Shown: positions 25,446 to 38,321 of the stretch, one piece after another
How the letters are laid out: each line of letters opens with the position of its first letter
Numbering within the stretch: position 1 is the first letter of the stretch
Assembly: GCF_006345805.1 (NCBI RefSeq)
Contig: NC_043022.1
Span: 5,642,001-5,706,000, forward strand
Direction of reading: 5' to 3'
DNA length: 64,000 nucleotides
Source: Octopus sinensis
Lineage: Eukaryota
Made by a program: the position numbers and the translations under genes
The notes under the pieces: model-generated
The model's database searches: none
Seen by the model: only the letters and a program-made list of their open reading frames with translations
Told to the model about the DNA's origin: nothing

Positions 25446-25562
25446 AGTAAACGTGCACATATGCACATAGTATATATATATATATATATAACATGTATGT
25501 AACTGAATACAGATGATGACATGTAAATGTTGTGTGCGTAAATAAAAACATCATATATATAT

Positions 25563-26070
25563 ATACTAGCAGTATCGCCTGGCGTTGCTTGGGTTTGTAA
25601 GGGAAATAACTATATAAGCATTTTTAGAGAGTTACTTCCCTTATAGATGCCAATTTGGGCTTTCTTAGCCATTTCTGTTTTGGTGTATTCAAGCCATGAA
25701 GTCGTTGTTCTAAAAGAACGCTGGTCTCCTTGACAACGCATTACGACGTTGGTTTCCTTACACTCCCTTCCCCACAGCTTCACGAGGGAGGGAAGACGGG
25801 GGAGAAGCAACACAGGTGCAGGTGTGACCATGGACGCCAACTCCGCCGCCATCAACACACGAAAAATTATGCATTAAAATGGAATAAAAAATGATGTTAA
25901 ATTATTTTTAAAATCGTAGACTCATCGTAGACGCGCGCTAATACTCAGACAGGCTCGATATTAATCACGACTATAAGATACCCGAATTTGGTTAAACTGC
26001 ACCGCAAAATGTGGGAGTAGTTAGGAATCTAAATCGAAGGGGACAGACACTCACACAACTACAGTTTTAT
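25563..26070 (+). mobile_element. Helentron-associated / DINE-1-like non-autonomous element
   Basis: Starts TATACTAGCAG..ggcgttgc, has the short inverted repeat gggaaataact/agttacttccc (25601-25640), and ends gacagacactcacacaac..ttttatatata; no TSD seen. Confidence 0.55.
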
Positions 26071-26084
26071 ATATATACATATAT

Positions 26085-26355
26085 ATGCCAGTGCCGCCTT
26101 GAGTGACTTCCGTGCCGGTGGCACGTTAAAAGCACCAACCGATCATGGCCGATGCCAGCCTCACCTGGCACCAGTGCAGGTGGCACGTAAAAAGCACCTA
26201 CTACACTCGCGGAGTGGTTGGCGTTAGGAAGGGCATCCAGCTGTAGAAACACTGCCAGATCAGACTGGGCCTGGTGCAGCCTCCTGATTTTCCAGACCCC
26301 GGTTGAACCGTCCAACCCGTGCTAGCGCGGAAAACGGACGTTAAACGATGATGAT
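26085..26355 (+). mobile_element. SINE-D copy inserted after (TA)n
   Basis: Family body with gacgttaaacgatgatgat tail. Confidence 0.85.
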
Positions 26356-26954
26356 ATATATATGTGTGTGTGTGTTTGTGTGTGTAGGTGTGACTATGTA
26401 GTAAGAAGGTTGCTTCCCAACTACATGGTTCCGGGTTCAGTCCCACTGCATGGCATCTTTGGCAAGTGTTTGACAACCGATGTTCGTGTGTTTACCTCTC
26501 CCTAGCTTAGCATTTCGCTAAAAGAGACCATTAGAATAAGTACTAGGCTTACAAAGAATAAGTCCTGAGGTTGATTTCTTCAAATAAAGGTGGTGCTCCA
26601 ACATGGCCACAGTCAAATGACTGAAACAAATAAGTGTAAAAGAGTACACACACACACACATGCACACACACACACACACATACACACATATGTATGCTGA
26701 GTGTATGTACAAACATTATATGGAAAGCCTGTCAAAAAAGAAACCAAACTTTTAAGACTGTGTGCCAACGAGTTGGTGCAGGAAATTTCCAGTGAAATTC
26801 CACAGGAAATCTCCGAAGAAGACATCTGCAAAAGTTAGTGCCATATGATTTTACAGAAAAACTTGGAAGATGAATCCTTACTGCAATGAAATTTGAGTCA
26901 CATTTGCCAACAGATGAACAAAAAGAGAATGGAATCAGAGGCAGGAAGTGTTTA

Positions 26955-27585
26955 ACCCTTTTGATACCAAACTGACCACCCAGGGACCTATAATACAAAC
27001 TTCCTGTTTTAAAAAGAACTAAACTAAGGCGCAGGAGTGGCTGTGTGGTAAGTAGCTTGCTAACCAACCACATGGTGTGGGTTCAGTCCCACTGCGTGGC
27101 ATCTTGGGCAAGTTTCTGCTATAGCCCCGGGCCGACCAATGCCTTGTGAGTGGATTTGGTAGACGGAAACTGAAAGAAGCCTGTCGTATATATGTATATA
27201 TATATGTTGTGTGTGTGTGTTTGTGTTGTCCCCCTAGCATTGCTTGACAACCGATGCTGGGTGTTTAAGTCCCCCATCACTTAGCGGTTCGGCAAAAGAG
27301 ACCGATAGAATAAGTACTGGGCTTACAAAGAATAAGTCCCGGGGTTGATTTGCTCGACTAAAGGCGGTGCTCCAGCATGGCTGCAGTCAAATGACTGAAA
27401 CAAGTAAAAGAGTAAAAGAGTAAAAGAGTAAACCAAAACCTTCCACCAAAACTTCATATTGATTTAAGTTCGAAACTCCAGTTTGAGAATGATTAAGTTA
27501 TTTTACTAAATCCTTCGTTATTACTAAATTAATTAAAACAAAGGCAGCGTGTTTTAACAGGAATTCCATAACAAAAGAGTTAATC
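26955..27585. mobile_element. piggyBac-type MITE (TTAA ends) interrupted by a full-length SINE-A (27028-27430, +)
   Basis: ttaacccttttgatacc ... ataacaaaagagttaa; SINE head at 27028 and (GTAAAAGA)3 tail. Confidence 0.7.
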
Positions 27586-27599
27586 ATTCGAATGTTGGG

Positions 27600-27910
27600 G
27601 AAAACTTTCTGAAGAGTGTTAGAACGAGCAGAGGTTCTTGGGTGTAGAGATATGATGTTAAAAGAAAAGAAGGAGTCATCACAGAACGTTGGATCATGGT
27701 GGCCTTCACCAAAACAAGAATGTCAGAGTCATTCAAATACACTATGGGTTTGTTCACTATCTATTTGATCCACATATTCAGATGAGTGTATTTGGATGCC
27801 CTGAGGCATTTGGGAGGGATAATGTGAAAGAAGAGACATGAGGCAGACAACAAACAAAATCCGGGTGCTCATCACTACGATACAGCAAGTCCTGGGACTC
27901 TTCATTCAGA
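27600..27910 (+). pseudogene. Decayed mariner (DD34D-type) transposase fragment
   Basis: Frameshifted pieces WV.RYDV.. and YLDALRHL..KKR..HHYDTA resemble mariner TWVYGYD..YY.EVL.RL...RKR..LHHDNA. Confidence 0.45.
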
Positions 27911-28038
27911 TATCAGAGCCTGAATGAGTTAGGTTTCTCCAAGTCACACGGAGATGAATCAAACTATTTTAAACAATAATATATGTAACTCCTACTAAAT
28001 GTGTTCAGTGACTCTTTCTTTCATTTATCCACTCACTC

Positions 28039-28039
<1 letters not shown>

Positions 28040-28069
<30 letters not shown>

Positions 28070-28095
28070 TGTGTGTATGTATGTGTGTGTGTATG

Positions 28096-28126
<31 letters not shown>

Positions 28127-28132
28127 GTATGT

Positions 28133-28168
<36 letters not shown>

Positions 28169-28716
28169 GTGTGTATGTATGTATGTGTGTGTGTGTATGT
28201 ATGTATGGATGGATGTGTATGTATGTATGTATGTGTGTATGTATGTATGTGTGTATGTATGTATGTGTGTATGTATGTATGTGTGTGTGTATGTGTGTAT
28301 GTATGTATGTATGTATGTATGTATGTATGTATGTATGTATGTATGTATGTATATAGGTGCAGGTATGGCTGTGTGGTTAGAATCTTGCTTCCCAATCACA
28401 TTGTTCCAGGTTCAGTCCCACTGCATGGCACCTTGGGCGAGTGTCTTCTACTATAGACTCAGGCCAACCAAAGCCTTGAGAGTGGATTTGATAGAGGGAA
28501 ACTGAAAGAAGCCCATTGTATATAAATATATATGTATGTGTCTCTGTCTGTGTTTGTCCCTCCGTCACCGTTTGACAACTGGTGTTGGTGTGTTTACATC
28601 CCTGAAACTTAGCGATTTGGCAAAAGAGATTGATAGAATAAGTCCTGGGGGTTGATTTCTTCGACTAAAAGCAGTGCTCCGGCATGGCCACAGTCAAATG
28701 ACTCAAACAAGTTAAA
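28040..28716 (+). mobile_element. (GTAT/GT)n array followed by SINE-A (28356-28716)
   Basis: Directly visible. Confidence 0.85.
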
Positions 28717-28767
28717 TAATATTACATATACATATGCATATATATACATACATATGCATATATATAT

Positions 28768-28821
<54 letters not shown>

Positions 28822-28945
28822 AGACATGTAACTACCAGCAGTTTCTCTCTCCCCTCCTTTCTTTCTCTCTATATCTATCTATCTATCTATTTGTCTATCT
28901 ATCTCCATATCTATCTATCTATCTACCTACCTATATATCTATCTA

Positions 28946-28989
<44 letters not shown>

Positions 28990-29121
28990 TATCTATCTTT
29001 TTCTCCCATTCCACTCCATCTCCTTTACTACCTTTCTTCCTCCCCCCAGTGATATTTCTCCCATTTCTCCTTCCCCTTTAACACCAACACCCTGATCATT
29101 CTGTGCCATTCCACTCAAAAA

Positions 29122-29177
<56 letters not shown>

Positions 29178-29734
29178 CTCCTGCAATCCCCTTCTCTTCC
29201 GCCCACTCCATCGACCGTGCTGCCCTCAATGAACAGAGACACCGTAGAGCATTGAAGATCCTCGTGCGCTGTAACTTCACAGATTTTGGTGCCACGCTAA
29301 ATTGCCACCAGCGTATTTTCTAAATCGGTTGGTTTTAAGACGGACATGCAGGCACAAAAGCCTGGACATAAGGTTAGCAGAGAGCAGAAACAGGATTGTC
29401 CGACCACACAGAGAAGGTCAGGACCTCTGAATAGGATCTGTGATGGGTTGGCCAACACTGACCAGCCTTGAAAGAAGATGTAACACTGAGGATGATGCTG
29501 ATTATCACCATCATCATCATGGTGATGTATGTGTGCGTTGATATTCATGTGTGTGTGTGTGTGTGCATGTTGGTGTATGTGTGTATATGTATATATGTCA
29601 ATGTAAACACAGACACATACACACACACAAAACATAAACATGCAGTGTAAAAGAAAGATGTATATGACAGTTGATACAAATACACAAACCCTACTCTTTC
29701 TACTCAGAAATATTGAATGTGTGTGTGTGTTTGT

Positions 29735-29742
29735 GTGTGTGT

Positions 29743-29776
<34 letters not shown>

Positions 29777-30614
29777 CACACACACACACACACATAAGTA
29801 TATGTACATATAGAGAGAGATAGTATATATATCTATACATATATGTGTGTATTTAAATATATATATGCATATATATATATATATATTATATATATATATA
29901 TATAGATATATATGCATATATATATTTATATATATATATATATATAGCATATTATATTTATATATATATATATATTGCATATATATATTTATATATATAT
30001 ATATATATATGCATATATATATTTATATTATATATATATATATATATATATATGCATATATAGTATATATATATATATATATGCATATATATATATATAT
30101 GCATATATATATTATATAATATATATATATACATATAATATATATATATGCATATATATATATACATATATATATATATTACATATTATATATATATATG
30201 CATATATATATATACATATATATATTATATTATACATATATATATATATATATATGCAATATATATATACATATATATATATGCATATATATATAATTAC
30301 ATTATATATATATATTACATATATAATATAATGCCTATATATATATACATAGCATAGATATATATACATATTGTATATATATATATGCATATATATATAT
30401 ATATATATGCATATATATATATATATATGCATATATATATATACATATGCATATATATATATATATAGAATATGTATATATAATATATATATACATATGT
30501 ATATATATATATGCATATATATATATTATATATGCATATATATATATAAATGATATATATATACATATATGGATATATATAATATAGCATATATATATAT
30601 ATATATAGATATTC

Positions 30615-30668
<54 letters not shown>

Positions 30669-30808
30669 GCATATATATATATATATAAGATATATATATA
30701 TGCATATATATATATATATTATATATATATAATATTGTATATATATATATATGCATATATATATATATATTGTATATGTATATGTATATATATATGTATA
30801 TGTATATA

Positions 30809-30840
<32 letters not shown>

Positions 30841-30843
30841 GCC

Positions 30844-30879
<36 letters not shown>

Positions 30880-30960
30880 TATATATATATATATATATGT
30901 GTGTGTGTATATATATATATATACATATATATGTGTGTGTGTATTTATATATATCTATAT
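29735..30960. repeat. ~1.2-kb (TA)n array with recurrent TGCA interruptions
   Basis: Directly visible. Confidence 0.95.
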
Positions 30961-31069
30961 ATATATGTCAATGTGCACGTATGTGTAGGTGTTTGTGTGT
31001 GGGAGGCTGTCAATGGGGCTGTTGATATCCTGCCAGAGGAGGGGGGGTGACAGAGATAACTGAACGAGT

Positions 31070-31110
<41 letters not shown>

Positions 31111-31386
31111 TTAGTGCTACTCCAGAGAATTCTATAGAGAATCAAAACATTGCATTGTAAATGGTTCTTCTTCAAGGAGAGATATCTGAAAGATTGGGTG
31201 GGGGTGGGTAGTGTTCATCCCATTTTCTCTGGGGTGAGGCTGAAAAGAAGACAGAGGGGACAGGAGACAGGGTTACTCCCCTCTTCCCTAACCTTACAGC
31301 AGGGATGAAGATAATTTCATTAGTGTGTACCCAAAGAACTAGAAATTTCATACACACACGTGCACACACATGCACAAACACACATG

Positions 31387-31419
<33 letters not shown>

Positions 31420-31795
31420 TACATATAAGTCCTTCTTTTATTTGTTTCAGTCATTGGACTGTGGCCATGCTGGGGCACCTCTTCAGAGAACATGACCAGG
31501 TTGTCAGCTTTACACTTTGTGGGTCCCGAAGTGGGTTATTAGACCAATTTTGGTCTGTAGTCCATGCTTACAATGAGAGTGTGTAACAGCAGAGTCAGGA
31601 AACCCAGTGGGACCTTTGCTTTCCAAGCAGCCCTCATCTAAATGAAGGGACAATAAACCAGTCATCTTAGGGGCCCATTAGCTATCAGTTGAGTGACTGA
31701 CTATCAATGAATTATACAGTAATCCCTCGAATATCGCAGGTATTATGTTTCAAAATCTCCCACAGAAATAATTAAAATCTGAAAAAATATGAATA

Positions 31796-32205
31796 CAGGA
31801 GTGGCCATGTGGTAAGTAGTTTGCTTGCCAACCACATAGTTCCAGGTTCAGTCCCATTGCATGGCACCTTGGGCAAGTTTCTTCTACTATAGCCTCGGGC
31901 TGATCAAAGCCATGTGAGTGGATTTGGTAGATGGAAACTGAAAGAAGCCCATCGTATATGTGTGTGTGTGTTTGTGTGAGTGTGTGTGCATGTTTCTGTG
32001 TCTGTGTTTGTCCCCCACCCACCACCACTTGACAACTGATGTTGGTGTGTTTACATCCCCATAAGTGAGCAGGTTGGCAAAAGAGACCAATAGAATAAGT
32101 ACTAGGCTTACAAAGAATAAACCCTGGGGTCGATTCGTTCAACTAAAGGTGGTACTCCAGCATGGTCACAGTCAAATGACTGAAACAAATAAAAGACTAA
32201 AAGAA
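31796..32205 (+). mobile_element. SINE-A
   Basis: Colinear with the family consensus. Confidence 0.85.
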
Positions 32206-32847
32206 TAGCTATCGGCTGCAGAAATCTGCAATATACTGAGGACCCCATGATATAAATTTACATATATCAGCCAGAAATACCTACGATGTACTGAGGGTGC
32301 GATAGGTGAACTACGATATGGCGAGGGACTTACTGTGTTCACGATTCATTTGATTGCTTGTGTCTGTATTTTGCATGATTGCAGCTAAGTTCACCACCAT
32401 CAATTCACCATGAACGAAGTTTACAGAGTAAAATATATCCAGGCACAGGCGTGGCTGTGTGGTAAGAAGCTTGCTTCCCAACCACATGGTTCCAGGTTCA
32501 GTCCCATTGTGTGACACCTAGAACATGTGTCTTCTATTATAGCCTCGGGCCGACCAAAGCCTTGAGTGGATTTAGTAGATGGAAACTGAAAGAAACCCTC
32601 TCTCTCTTTCGGAGAGGCACAAGCACCTACACGCACACATACACACACGGCAGTAACTTCCACCTACCAAATTCAATCACAAAGCTCCGGTCGGCTCGGG
32701 GCTATAGCAGAAGACACCTACCCAAAGTGCCACACAGTGGGACTGAACCCGAAACCATGTAGCTAGGAAGCAAGCTCCCTAACCACACAGCCATGCCCGC
32801 ACCTATATACATTTCATTAATCTATACCCTTCTCATTTTCCCTATTT

Positions 32848-32896
32848 GACTCTGATGATGGAATACTCTGGGATATCCCAGAAACAGCTGTAAGAC
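32848..32896 (+). ncRNA. Minimal type I hammerhead ribozyme motif (Penelope-like pLTR type)
   Basis: GACT-CTGATGA-TGGAATA(ctctggga)TATCCCA-GAAA-CAGCTG-TA-AGAC: intact core, stem II with 6 of 7 pairs, palindromic stem III ACAGCTGT, GUA cleavage triplet, stem I with 3 of 4 pairs. Confidence 0.7.
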
Positions 32897-33782
32897 TTTG
32901 AATGTTTTTCCAATAGTAATAATATATATGACTTGAGATGTTTGCCTTGTCTTAACGTTTGTTGTCCTCTTTAACAATTATATATATCTATGTATGTGTG
33001 TGCGTGTGTGTGTATGTATTTCTGTTTGTGTTCATCCCCCTACCATTGTCTGACAACCGATGTTGGTGTGTTTACATCCCCATACTTAGTAGTTCAGTAA
33101 AAGTGATTGATAGAACAAGTACTAGAATTAAGAAATAAGTCCTAGGGTTAATTTGTTTGAATAAAACCCTTCAAGGTCATGCTCCAGCATGGCCACAGTC
33201 AAAAAAATCCCGCAACAATTAAAAGAATAGTACCTCTCCATTAATAACTAAAAAGTATTCTATTCATGAAAAATAAAAAAAAACAAAACAAAACGGGGAA
33301 GTGATGACTGTGAACTAGCCGGACATGGTTTTGCATAGATTTTGATCATAGCTCCAACTATTTTCCAATTAATTGTAGAGCACTGTCAGAGCAAAAATGC
33401 CTCAGACTCTATTAAAATGTGCTTTGTAAGGTTCATGTCTAGTTAACACACGCACACACACACAAATACATACACACATACAAACACACATATAAATGCA
33501 CATATACACACATGCACACATACACATAGATGTACACACATGCACACACACATACATGCACATACACACACATAAATACGCACACATGTACACACATACA
33601 CACACATACGTGCACACATACACACACACATGTACACACAGATACGCACACATGCTCACACATAATTTCATTATTATTTTATTATATTTATATATATACA
33701 TACATATATAAACAATAATTTTCATACAACAAAAACAGCACATAAAAGCAAAAATATCCACATACACCACACCGACGCGTAC

Positions 33783-33815
<33 letters not shown>

Positions 33816-33989
33816 TGCAAGCATGCAGGCACGTGCATACACACACAGACACACACACACACACATACAATCACATATTACACACGATACAGAAGCGCTT
33901 GAAAGAAGATGTTTCATCATAAATGACAAGAGATTAGGAAGAGAGAATGTGTTGTGTGCGTGTGTGTGCGTGTGTGTGTGGACACCCCC

Positions 33990-34520
33990 CCCCCGTATAG
34001 AGAAGATTAGACAGAGAAAGAGGAGAATGAAGAGTAAAGGTAGGATGCGGGAGAAGGAAAAGAAAGGTGAGAAGATGTGGAAAGGTTGAATGAATGAGAG
34101 AGAGAGAGAGAGAGAGGGAGGAAATGTTTTAGGGAAAAGGTGAGAATAGAATAGAAGAAAAGAGAGAGAGAGAGAGAGAGGATATGAGGGGTAAGAGGGA
34201 GGGAGGGAATATAGGGAGGAAGGGAGAGAGAGAGAGGGGGGTGTGAGGGTAAGAGGGTGGGAGGGGAGAGAAAGAGAGATGAAGGTAAGAGGGAGGGAGA
34301 GAAAGAGGAGTAATACGGGGGGGGGGGGGAAAGAGAAATGAGTAGCAGGAGGGCGAGAGAGAGAGAAGAGTAAGAAAGAGAGAGAGAGAGATGAAGAGTA
34401 AGAGGGAGGGTGATGAGGATATAGGGAGAGAGAGAGAGAGGGATGAAGGTAAGAGGGTGGGAAAGGGAGAGAGTTGAAGGTAAAAAGAGAGGGATAAGAG
34501 GGAAGGAAGTAAGGAGTGGG
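33990..34520. repeat. GA-rich polypurine tract
   Basis: Directly visible. Confidence 0.9.
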
Positions 34521-35227
34521 GTGGGTGGGGTGGATGGTATAGCAGAGGTAAATAAAGTCACCAGTTCTGTTCCACCCCTAGGGATGGAGAAAGCAGTTCT
34601 GACAGCCCCTTACTGTCATTGATGCTGCTACACTTGTAACAGAGATAAACACAGATAGATCCATCTCTACCCTCATCGCCACTCCCCTCCCACCACTGCC
34701 ACCCCACCCCCAACAACACTACCTCTACCGCCACCATCACCACAGCTGGTAGCAACACTCAGTCTGAGCCCTTTCTCTTCCCTCCCCTCTCCAACCCAAC
34801 ACCACCCTCACCCCCCCCCCTACAATCCACCATTGCAGTACAGGAAGTGAAGTCCCCAGCCCCACCCGCCACCCCACGTCCCCACCCGCCACCCCACACG
34901 TCCACCCCCACCAACAAACTAACAGATTTTGAAATTTGAATGGTGGAAGGGGGTGGAACAAGTGGAGGGGGGGTTGTCTGAGTGCCGTTGGAATCCAACA
35001 ACAGCACCTGGGTGGAGACGTGCAATTGGAGCAGCATGAATGTCACAACTTCACAGAAAGCTTGCAGGAGTTTCTATAATTATATATAAGGAACCATATT
35101 TAAAATTTTTAAAGGGACAACACAAGGCTTTGGTCTCCCCCTACATTTTTCTCACACATACACACTCCACACACATATACACGTACATAAACATATATAC
35201 ATGTACACATACATATATACATTTGTG

Positions 35228-35258
<31 letters not shown>

Positions 35259-35292
35259 GCATGTATGTATATACCTACACACATACATATAC

Positions 35293-35688
35293 GGCGCAGG
35301 AGTGGCTGTGTGGTAAGTAGCTTGCTAACCAACCACATGGTTGCGGGTTCAGTCCCACTGCGTGGCATCTTGGGCAAGTGTCTTCTGCTATAGCCCCGGG
35401 CCGACCAATGCCTTGCAAGTGGATTTGGTAGATGGAAACTGAAAGAAGCCCATCGTATATATGTATATATATATATGTATGTATGTGTGTCTGTGTTTGT
35501 ACCCCTAGCATTGCTTGACAACCGATGATGGTGTGTTTACGTCCCCGTCACTTAGCGGTTTGGCAAAAGAGACTGATAGAATAAGTACTGGGCTTACAAA
35601 GAATAAGTCCTGGGGTCGATTTGCTCGACTAAAGGCGGTGCTCCAGCATGGCCGCAGTCAAATGACTGAAACAAGTAAAAGAGTAAAG
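35293..35688 (+). mobile_element. SINE-A, young full-length copy
   Basis: Most CpGs retained; complete head and tail. Confidence 0.9.
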
Positions 35689-35703
35689 AGTATACATATA
35701 TGT

Positions 35704-35735
<32 letters not shown>

Positions 35736-35978
35736 GTATATATTGTATATATCGTCAACATCATTGTTGTTTAACGTCTGCTTTCCATGCTGGCATGGGT
35801 TGGACTGTTTGACGACTGGCTGCACCACACTCCAATCTGATCTGGCAAGGTTTCTACAGCTGGATGCCTTTCCTAATGCCAACCACTCCAAGAGTGTAGG
35901 GGATGCTTTTTACGTGCCACTGGCACGAGGACCAGTCAACAGTACCTATATATAATATACGTGTGTGGGTGTTGTGAG

Positions 35979-36027
<49 letters not shown>

Positions 36028-36345
36028 TATATATATAAACATATCTACACACACACATATATATATACATATAAACACATCTATATGCACACACACACAT
36101 CTATATGCACACACACACATCTGTGTATACATATAAACATATCTACACTCACACACACACATGTATGTGTATATATAAATGAACACATATGCATAGCTTC
36201 ACATACACACGTATACATACACATAAACACATGTACATAAATATATACATAAACACATACATTTGTACATATAAACATATATACATTCATTACTAAATGA
36301 ATGACGAAAGAACAGGAGTTAACGTAATTACTTCCATTAGCTTAC

Positions 36346-36454
36346 AGTTGTTTCTGCTAGAAGAAACCACGCTTCCATAATTGAGTGCCAGTGCAACTTT
36401 TTACAGCTTCCTCAAAGTCATCTGAATAACTGGTTATTGTTGGTACTGCTGTGG
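36346..36454 (-). CDS. Candidate exon (109 nt; ..TAVPTITSYSDDFEEAVK..)
   Basis: gatgttgtttag| acceptor and ACT|gtaagc donor; the phase-1 frame reaches TAG at 36359-36357 unless the A5 run carries an indel. Confidence 0.25.
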
Positions 36455-37802
36455 CTAAACAACATCATAATATGTATATATTTAAAGAAACACACACACA
36501 CATGCATACCAGTTAAATACATATAAACTGACAGATAGTCACATAGGATTATGTATAGCTACCGACAAAAGCTTAAATAATTGAGGTATACTAAGTATAT
36601 GGGGCAATCAATATCATTAGCATCATCGTCTTTAGATTTTATTTGAGTCACTGGTTGTGGCCATACTGGGGCATCACCTTGGGGATTTAGTTGGAACAAA
36701 TTGACCCCCAGTACTTATTTTTGGGCAAATCTGGTACTTATTGGCCAAACCTCTAAGTTACAGGGACATAAACAAACTAATACCAGTTGTCAAGAGGTAG
36801 GGACATGTGACAAACACACACACACACATACAGAGGGCGGGCCAGAATTCATGGTTCACTTATTAGTTATGTTTCTTAATATTCTTTTACTTGTTTCAGT
36901 CATTTGACTGTGGCCATGCTGGAGCACCGCATTTAGTCGGACAGATCGACCCCAAGACTTTGTAAGCTGGTACTTATTCTATTGGTCTCTTTTGCCAAAC
37001 CACTAGGTTATGGGATTGTAAACACACCAATATCAGAGAACCATGCCTGGCTCATACATTTTGACATGATTTCTATGGCTAGATGCCATTTCAAGTGTAA
37101 GACAATTTACAGAGTATACTATATGTAATTCATCAAGACAGCACCAACACCAGTGAGGTTGTCATGTCCTCAGCTTGACTAAAGACATCTCTCCAGCCAA
37201 CACTGCCACGACTAGAATACACTGCAAAGTACCTGCTTTACAATGTATACTTGGTGTACTTTATTACAACATCCAGGATACATTGTATGCCCTGTGTACA
37301 ACACATGTAGGCAGGACATACACAGACATACACATCAGTAACTAATTGGAATAATGAGTGTTGGGGTCTAGGATAAACAATATTTTACAATAGAATACAT
37401 GCTTTCAGGAACCTAGTTTTAAGATAGCAGCATTTGTGATTTGTGATTTGTGATTTGAATTCTGCTTGGACAAATGTTGACTTCCATCAGCATGAAACTT
37501 TAGGTTCCAGAATGTTAACATAACTTCTTTTAGAAAAGCACACACACACATGCATATTAATTAAGAGTAATGTGAATGGAATAAACAAAGTTTTAATCAA
37601 TAAAGCGAATCACCACATCAAAGTGTTTGTCGAATGTTACAACTAGTTTAACCCCAGGTAGATTCTCCATCAGCTGGTTTTCGGTGCAATGCTCTGCACT
37701 CTTTATATACAATATATGACTAGCAGGGGGAGCAAACCCCTACTACTCTCCAGCAGCTAACGGGATCGTGGGACTGACCCAGTTTCGAGCTGTTTGGCTC
37801 AC

Positions 37803-37946
37803 CTTCAGCCACGAGCAACTGCACACTGGAGCAATAGCTAAAATCTGCTTCTGCTAGTGACATATTGTAAAAAAGTGGCCATCGGTCACTGATTGGCAGT
37901 ATTTTTAGTGGGAAGCGGAATGGACAGTTTTTAATGACTTTCCTAA
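37803..37946 (-). CDS. Candidate symmetric phase-1 exon (144 nt)
   Basis: cttcatttatgttacag| acceptor and GAAG|gtgagc donor; only one frame is open (RKVIKNCPFRFPLKILPISDRWPLFYNMSLAEADFSYCSSVQLLVAE). Confidence 0.3.
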
Positions 37947-38321
37947 CTGTAACATAAATGAAGACTGAGAGACAGAATGAAGCAGCAGTGGCAGGAGCAG
38001 CAGCAACTGCTATTATTTTCCAAATACACCCTGGCAGGCATAGTAACACACACACACACCCACACACACAAACTCTTCAATCCAATTGCCAATACTAACC
38101 CAGATTATATCTCATCTCATAAGATTATTTGCACAGGAAATCTATTTTCCCAGCAGATTTTTCCATTAATTAATATCAAAGACAGAATCTCAGAATCCGA
38201 GACAATTGTATCATCAACAATTAGTCCACGACAAAGTTTATGGAAGAGTTTGGTTAGGTGTAAGTTCTTGCTAATCAGCCAAACCACAGTCTAGGACAGG
38301 AATGGACATATTGTGTCCTGC

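Noticed and set aside
26760-26940. Possible Tc1/mariner HTH-region remnant (KSPKKTS..KMNPY)
   Set aside because: Too short and too stop-ridden to support by eye.
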